63,803 bases of DNA from Fibrobacteria bacterium. Lineage in GTDB: Bacteria > Fibrobacterota > Chitinivibrionia > Chitinivibrionales > FEN-1185. Below the pieces are notes generated by a model. The model was given only the letters and a program-made list of their open reading frames with translations. It searched no databases and was not told the DNA's origin. How positions within the stretch are numbered: position 1 is the stretch's first letter; every line of letters starts with the position of its first letter. Positions 57,820-63,803 of this stretch are shown piece by piece. The stretch spans positions 1 through 63,803 of the forward strand of contig JBBIGR010000029.1 in assembly GCA_037447435.1 (NCBI GenBank). The letters are read 5' to 3'. Position numbers and translations under genes: made by a program.

Positions 57820-58725
57820 TCAAACTATTTTTACATCCATTTTATCGACATCGATCTGACCGAGTCCCATGTCGTAGGCGTTTTTAATGTGCTTTACCTG
57901 TGCGCCTTTGAATTCCCGGTTATACCAACGGGCAACACCGACGGTATATGAATCCGCCGCGACAGGGTCCGCGCTTGCGACAACCATGTTCAATTCTTCG
58001 GTTTTTCCGGGACCTCCCGGCCCGTTTGTCAGCAAGGCATACACGCAGTCAACAATTGTCAAGGTCGGTTTAATGACCAGTAAAAGGTCTGCAATCGCCT
58101 GGTTCAATTCCATTTGCTCGTGCATAACCTTGCGGTCCCATATAAGGCCCATAAGGTTCTTTATGCCGAGGCTGACGCCGGTTGCGGAATGGGATTTTGC
58201 AGTTGGAACGTTGATGATGCAATTTGCACGGAGAACTTCTTTTGCAATCGAGGTCGTTTTAAGCTGTTTGCCGCCGGGAATCGGGGTGTCTTGATAAAAT
58301 TTTGGATCTTCAAGCAAAGCGATGACCACGCCTTTCATTCCTTCGACAGCGGCCCCGATTCCGCTTTTTTCCTTACACACTTTTCCGTCGCGGAGCGGAT
58401 TGTCGATAACGATCACGCGTTGGGCGCCGGCTTCGAGACAAAGCTCGGCAGCTGTTTTTACGATGACGGGATGCGTTGTCGTTCCCCATTCGGGAGGGTT
58501 TGGAAAACCCATATTTGCTTTCAAAACGACGCGGTCTCCTTTTTTGACGAAATTCTGCATGCCACCGAGGGCGGTAATCGCCTTTTTTACCAATTCCTCG
58601 GGCTTTCCTTTAGCAACGGCAACAACGGGTTTTTTCACATCTTCGGCCAAAACATTGACGGACGTAAATGCTGCGGTAGCAGCTGCGGCGCTCCCTGTTT
58701 TTAGAAAGTCTCTTCTGGTAACCAC
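57820..58725 (-). CDS. Tat-exported DUF362 domain protein
   Basis: VTRRDFLK, LGGM..FVKKGDRVVLK.N, TTHP, INVPTAKSH, KNLMG, DPVAAD. Confidence 0.9.
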   Translation of the reverse strand: MVTRRDFLKTGSAAAATAAFTSVNVLAEDVKKPVVAVAKGKPEELVKKAITALGGMQNFVKKGDRVVLKANMGFPNPPEWGTTTHPVIVKTAAELCLEAGAQRVIVIDNPLRDGKVCKEKSGIGAAVEGMKGVVIALLEDPKFYQDTPIPGGKQLKTTSIAKEVLRANCIINVPTAKSHSATGVSLGIKNLMGLIWDRKVMHEQMELNQAIADLLLVIKPTLTIVDCVYALLTNGPGGPGKTEELNMVVASADPVAADSYTVGVARWYNREFKGAQVKHIKNAYDMGLGQIDVDKMDVKIV

Positions 58726-58789
58726 TATAAAGCTCCTTTTTTAGTAAGGAAAAAGTCGTTTAAAATGAAAATAATTGGTTTTCGTGATT

Positions 58790-59338
58790 TTATCCGCCAA
58801 TACCGATTTTTTTGTCTATGTTCCAATAAAATTGTTTTGCCATGTTTAAGGCGAAATCGGATTTCTCGGTTGTGGAAATCCTGAGAAAAATATTCTTTTT
58901 TACGTACAATATTTGATAACCGCTGGCAAGGGAATGATCGATAACGACGATGGGGTTTTTCTGACTGATAAGCTCGGGAGATGTTGGATAAAACCGTTCG
59001 AAAAGATTTTGGGCATTTGTTTCATCCCCCTGATTAAATAATTGTATATCAATATCGACGCTTCCATTGCTATAAAGCTGTTTTACGCCTTCCATGAAAC
59101 CGTAATCGATATAACGTTGGGCTTCCCCGTTAATGGCATTGAAAATCGATTGTTGATCGGTCATGACCGAAGTTGATCCTTTTTTTAAAAACCCGCTTAT
59201 ATCATTATCAATAGGGAGCAAATCTGCAGGATCCGCAGCAGCTTCGGGATTCTGACTCACCCTACAAGAGCCGAAAATAAGGCAAGTCAATAAAAATGAT
59301 GTCAGAGCAACGTATTTAAAATTCCGGAAAACGGTCAC
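58790..59338 (-). CDS. Hypothetical lipoprotein (DUF6599-like)
   Basis: FGSC lipobox; IF..INGEA..YIDYGF motif. Confidence 0.65.
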   Translation of the reverse strand: MTVFRNFKYVALTSFLLTCLIFGSCRVSQNPEAAADPADLLPIDNDISGFLKKGSTSVMTDQQSIFNAINGEAQRYIDYGFMEGVKQLYSNGSVDIDIQLFNQGDETNAQNLFERFYPTSPELISQKNPIVVIDHSLASGYQILYVKKNIFLRISTTEKSDFALNMAKQFYWNIDKKIGIGG

Positions 59339-60777
59339 AAGACCTCCTGGACTTTATAATTTGTCGAACCCAATGAGTAAGGAGGCAATGATGCGACGAA
59401 AACATGGCGGGCATCTTTGTCAGGACCAAATGCGATTTGCGCTTTTGCGCTGCGATTCGCATTGATCGTATCTAACGCCCATTTGTCCATTGCAACTGGA
59501 TCGGTGCCGATGATAATCGTGTTTACATATTTACTGGGGGCGCCGGTCGGCCCGCCGGTAAAACAGGCAAGTAATGCATCGCCGACAATAAGCCGGATTT
59601 TGTCTTTAACAGTCGCGCCGTTCACCGGAGTATTGTATAAAGCCGGAATAAATGGACAGCACATATTGTCGTGCATTGCCTGCGGAGCGTTAACAATACC
59701 GTATAGGTTTTTCATGGAAAACGTTATGCCGGCCTGAATATGGTCCTTTAAAACAGGGACATTAATGAGATAATCAACGGCATCGACAATTTTACTGAAT
59801 TGTTGCGTGATGCCCGCAACACTGAATGTCGTGCCCCACAACTGAGAGCTCGGCTGTTTTGTTGTTACCGGCACCGAACTGTCGAGGGTGGTGTTGTAGT
59901 TGGTACTTGCGATCCGATAGGTTCCGGGAACATTTCTGAGAATGTAACCGGCACTTTTCATTTGGTCGGTAGGGCTGCGGTCGTCAAAAACAATGATGTT
60001 ATATGCGGGAAAGGTCCCGCCGAGCATTTGCGTAAGCCCGTATACGATGGCGTCGACGACCACGGGCTGGGTATTGACGCCGCCCATTCCCGCAAGCGTG
60101 TTGATTTTAATACCGACGAGCTTATCGGCTGTCAAATTTGGAAACAACGATTCCCAGGCCGATGCAACGGTTATCTGATTTGTCATTTTCATCAAAGCGG
60201 AATTGAGCATCGATTTTGCGACTTCGGGTTGAAAAGCCATTTTTCCATCTGCATTTTTCCCATAAATTTCCGGTTTTGTCACGACAAAAACATCCACAAA
60301 GGGTTTTATGGGAATGGATAAAACAACCGAATAGTCACTTTCGTTTCCCGAGACGTCCACAGCGGAAATTTTATATTGAAACACAATGTTCGGGTTGTCG
60401 TTTAACCGTTGGAATGCGGATTGGACTTCGGCGGAAATATCCGAATAGCCAGTCGATTGCAGATGGGCTGCAAGCGGATTAATGTCAAATGACAATTGCA
60501 AATCGGTTTTCCGATAAATATTGTACGTGACGGCGGTTTCCGATTTTGCGCCTGTATTATCCGTCAAGTCATGAGCGTTCCACGACAAGTCGATGCTGTA
60601 TGCCGACGCGCCTGCGAGAAAACTTAATTTTTGAGAAAGTCCGGTGGGTGCGGACGGCGAACGGACATCCGGGCCAACGATGCTGCGCTTGTCGCAGCCC
60701 GCAATGACGCCGATTCCTGCCGCGCTTTGCAGCGATGCGATCAAAAATTTTCTTCTGTCGATTTTTTTCTGCTTCAT
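59335..60777 (-). CDS. Tat lipoprotein with fibronectin-III-like domain and DUF362 domain
   Basis: IDRRKFL and IAGC; PSAPTGL...LSW...YNIYR...YKISAVD.SGNES; VGIKIN, INVPVLKDH..AGIT.SMKNLYG, DPVAMD. Confidence 0.85.
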   Translation of the reverse strand: MKQKKIDRRKFLIASLQSAAGIGVIAGCDKRSIVGPDVRSPSAPTGLSQKLSFLAGASAYSIDLSWNAHDLTDNTGAKSETAVTYNIYRKTDLQLSFDINPLAAHLQSTGYSDISAEVQSAFQRLNDNPNIVFQYKISAVDVSGNESDYSVVLSIPIKPFVDVFVVTKPEIYGKNADGKMAFQPEVAKSMLNSALMKMTNQITVASAWESLFPNLTADKLVGIKINTLAGMGGVNTQPVVVDAIVYGLTQMLGGTFPAYNIIVFDDRSPTDQMKSAGYILRNVPGTYRIASTNYNTTLDSSVPVTTKQPSSQLWGTTFSVAGITQQFSKIVDAVDYLINVPVLKDHIQAGITFSMKNLYGIVNAPQAMHDNMCCPFIPALYNTPVNGATVKDKIRLIVGDALLACFTGGPTGAPSKYVNTIIIGTDPVAMDKWALDTINANRSAKAQIAFGPDKDARHVFVASLPPYSLGSTNYKVQEVL

Positions 60778-60892
60778 AAAATCCTCAAAGTAAAATGGAT
60801 CCGAAACAAAGCATAATAGCCCATTATTATACGAATATCCATACGCCGGAATTTTCCAATTTATTCCATAGCACTAATAAATGCCGATATCT

Positions 60893-63803
60893 TTAAAATA
60901 AAGCCGTAGCCTTTAATTCTGCCAAATTATACAGCATTTTCTTTTGGTCGAATAAATAATCAACATCTAAGAGCATGCGAATAAAAAAGTTAGCACCTGC
61001 TTTCACTTGAATGTCCAACTTGTTTTGCTCCGCTTTATCATATGAGCTGTATGTATAATTACTTCCATTCGCAAGTACAGCTCCGATATAGAGTTGCGTC
61101 CTAAATTCTCGAATCCATTTTCCCTGAATTCTCCAATCGAATAAGACGCCGGGGGTAATGGAATTTAAATACCCTGTGGAAGTGTCGGCGAGCCTTGTTG
61201 GTGTAATTATACTGGAATCAATGTTTTGCCAGCTTAAAATAATAGGAATTTCTGTACGGAAATTAGGAACCCAGCGCTCGGTCCATTTAAACCTAAATTC
61301 ATAAGTATTTGATTTTGCGGTTATTGAATCGATTTTCGTGCCTAAATCAGGTGAATACAATGCTGCGTCGAAATAATTTAAATCAAAATCCAGCCTTGTC
61401 TTTCTTTCCCTAAATGCGAGTCTAGCTTCATTATACAGTTTGATCCCGCTTTGGGTAAGCAATGAAAAGTTAGTGGTGTTTGAAAGTTCCAACCTCGAAG
61501 CAAAATGCAAATCTTCGGAAAAATCGAGCATCGGTTTGATCGATGCGGTCAATGTGTATCCGTCAATAGCCTTTATCGTGTCGGGTTGTGAAGTGGATGC
61601 GTTTTTTATCGAATCGCATTGCGTTGTCGTAAAAGAATATCCGGCGTTCACCTGCAACGGATTGAGCGGACTCCAATAAATTCCGGGAACAATGAGCAAA
61701 CTGCTGTTGAGCGAATGATCCGAGCTTTGGAACGTCAGGTCTTGGCTAAGTATATCTTCGTTTCCTTCGTAAATATAATCTCCGAAAAGCGTTATGCCGG
61801 GAATAAGCTCCTGTGTAAATAGTTTTATCTCGGGCCTAAACCTGTTGCCCGAATACTGCATGGATTTGGCGTTCGTATCAAGGCTTTGGAAATACCGCCA
61901 GATGCCTTTTAATTCCAGTTGTAGTTTTTTTACAGGAGATAATCTGATCCATGTAAAAATGTTTTGATTGAGTTTTTGCTCGAAAACGGGTTGAAGAATA
62001 TTTGCACCGGTAAACTGGTTTGCAACGACCGTGTCGACCGTATCGGAAATAAGATTGATTGAATACGAAGCATTGTACCAGACCCGGTCGAAATGCTCGA
62101 ACGATTTTCCCCACTCCGATTCTATTTCGCCATTCCAGCGTGTTGATTTTAAGGAATCCCTGGGAAGCGAATCGCGCAGGACCTTGGTGTAGTTTTTCAT
62201 TTCCTGATACATGCCGAACAAACGAAGCGAAGGAAGATCTGGCGCTGAAACAAGATATTGAAAATATTCCCGGGATTCATTGCCTGCAGCTGCATCGATT
62301 GTGCTGGCACCAAGGGTTATCGGCATATACTGTTGCCATACATCGTAGACAAATTCTCCCGACGCCTGATGATTAATACGCCCGTAAATCGAATTTTGAT
62401 CTGCAATTGTAACAAAATCAGGGGTTTGCAGCATTGCCGATGCTTTTATTTTCGCATTGTACATAACCGAATACAAATCCAATTTTCCCGCATTTCCCTG
62501 TTTTGTCACTAATATTGAATCATTATAACTACCTGATATTTCGGGGACTGCACGAAGAAATAGTTTGCTGTCCGATGATTTTAATTCGACCTTGCTGTTA
62601 ACGCTTCCAACATACGCGCGGTTGGTATCAAGAGCCTTTCCCGTGGCATTTGGCTCTTTAATTCCGCGATATGCGCCGTTAGCTCCTAGTGAAACTTTAT
62701 CGTTAAGCACAACGACATTTTCAGCTGCTGCCATTTCATTAGTATATTCGCCGATAACCGGTTGGTATTGACAGGATATTTCTATGCGCGAATCGGGATT
62801 TGCCAAACCTTCGTTTTTAAAGGTTAAAAGCCCCATTGTCCTTTCGATGCTATAATCGGCAGGGTCGATCGTTTTGCCGTCTACCGTTATTTCGACGCTT
62901 TCGGTAATTATGTTCTGGACCCCGAGTTCGTAAAAATTGTCTTCACGAAAAGCAACCAACTTGCGCATGTATTCGGCTTTTCCCCAGCCTGCCCAAAATC
63001 CGGAATTTACACGACGCAATTTTTTATCGCCTACCCGGTCGCCGAATTCCCCTCGTATGCCGGCACCTTCCAAATACGTGGGATTAATGAGTGTGCTTTG
63101 GAAATAATCGGTTTTCTGATCGGTACGCCATCCGAGCCTGCGCAAATTGTCGTCCCCGAACCCGCGATATTCCGCACTATACCGCAAATCGCCCAAAGGA
63201 TCGGTATTGTCGAATGTCCCGCGGAACGTTCTGCCGTTATTCAAATCCGCATTGAGGTTGAGCTGGGCTTTCGCGTTTCCGTAGAGCATATCTTTGTATC
63301 GGGGAATGAGCGAGATCGTGGTGTCGGACTTTCCGGTCGAATCGATCTTGACCGTTGTGACAACGGAATCGAGGTCTTTGTCGGTTATGTAATTGCCGAT
63401 GCTTTGGGAAAGCGGCTCGGGGAAGGTCGCCTTATTTGTCAATTTATAATAGGCGCGTCCGAGCAAATTCACGCTTTGCCCGCCGGGAGCATTGACACCG
63501 AGCCCGGTTTCATCCATATGCGCTTTCCAGTTCTGCTTTCCGGACCCGTTACCGCTGACTTTGATTTCCGTAGGATACCAAACGTCTTCCGTGGGCTTAA
63601 GGTAGGAGAAGGTATTTCCTTTTTTGCACAGGGTTGTCTGACCTGTGGTGAAAACCTGCTCCTGCACATCGTCGCTCAGACCGTCAACGGCAGTATAGGT
63701 TTTCCATCTGCGCTGGTCTTCGTCGAACGAATAGACGCCGTTTGAGGTGGTGAACCAGGACGTCGTTCCCGAAGTGGAAATACTCAGCACCGTTGTTTTT
63801 TCT
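60893..63803 (-). CDS. Large predicted outer-membrane protein (5' end outside the window)
   Basis: Frame is open to the window edge. Propeller-like WKTYTAVDGL repeat, NII.ESVEITVDG...DYSIE...GLLTF module, amphipathic beta strands, terminal Phe. Confidence 0.72.
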   Translation of the reverse strand, partial: EKTTVLSISTSGTTSWFTTSNGVYSFDEDQRRWKTYTAVDGLSDDVQEQVFTTGQTTLCKKGNTFSYLKPTEDVWYPTEIKVSGNGSGKQNWKAHMDETGLGVNAPGGQSVNLLGRAYYKLTNKATFPEPLSQSIGNYITDKDLDSVVTTVKIDSTGKSDTTISLIPRYKDMLYGNAKAQLNLNADLNNGRTFRGTFDNTDPLGDLRYSAEYRGFGDDNLRRLGWRTDQKTDYFQSTLINPTYLEGAGIRGEFGDRVGDKKLRRVNSGFWAGWGKAEYMRKLVAFREDNFYELGVQNIITESVEITVDGKTIDPADYSIERTMGLLTFKNEGLANPDSRIEISCQYQPVIGEYTNEMAAAENVVVLNDKVSLGANGAYRGIKEPNATGKALDTNRAYVGSVNSKVELKSSDSKLFLRAVPEISGSYNDSILVTKQGNAGKLDLYSVMYNAKIKASAMLQTPDFVTIADQNSIYGRINHQASGEFVYDVWQQYMPITLGASTIDAAAGNESREYFQYLVSAPDLPSLRLFGMYQEMKNYTKVLRDSLPRDSLKSTRWNGEIESEWGKSFEHFDRVWYNASYSINLISDTVDTVVANQFTGANILQPVFEQKLNQNIFTWIRLSPVKKLQLELKGIWRYFQSLDTNAKSMQYSGNRFRPEIKLFTQELIPGITLFGDYIYEGNEDILSQDLTFQSSDHSLNSSLLIVPGIYWSPLNPLQVNAGYSFTTTQCDSIKNASTSQPDTIKAIDGYTLTASIKPMLDFSEDLHFASRLELSNTTNFSLLTQSGIKLYNEARLAFRERKTRLDFDLNYFDAALYSPDLGTKIDSITAKSNTYEFRFKWTERWVPNFRTEIPIILSWQNIDSSIITPTRLADTSTGYLNSITPGVLFDWRIQGKWIREFRTQLYIGAVLANGSNYTYSSYDKAEQNKLDIQVKAGANFFIRMLLDVDYLFDQKKMLYNLAELKATALF

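Overview
Bacterial chromosomal window from a probably anaerobic diderm; the lineage cannot be fixed from sequence alone. (1) 1-4100 is AT-rich accessory DNA: a divergent hypothetical/XRE switch with four operator-like boxes, a DUF3800-type RNase-H-like gene followed by a convergent ~70-nt structured ncRNA candidate with its own promoter, a pentapeptide-repeat gene, and an MNT plus truncated HEPN pair. (2) 4126-29827 is a ~26-kb divergent glycan-tailoring locus with eight radical SAM enzymes (six paralogues sharing a Rossmann-like/rSAM/SPASM-twitch architecture, one further rSAM/SPASM, one B12-dependent), five methyltransferases, four glycosyltransferases, a CDP-sugar pathway and an Fe-alcohol dehydrogenase, interrupted by an MNT-HepT module. 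(3) PAC2, AAA-DUF4143 and valS. (4) An apparent insertion carrying a complete N-type ATPase operon (atpD-C-Q-R-B-E-F-A-G) and a decayed type IV-like TA pair. (5) Housekeeping genes: trpE-G-C-F, a GGDEF protein, GT2, purN, rnhB, STAS, DUF1015, an LPG-synthase-like protein and MoxR. (6) A minus-strand operon with a large outer-membrane protein, two Tat-exported DUF362 proteins, a lipoprotein and a membrane polyferredoxin. The best candidates for new biology are the DUF3800 + ncRNA pair and the radical-SAM-rich sugar-tailoring locus. All family calls are by motif recognition only; no searches were run.
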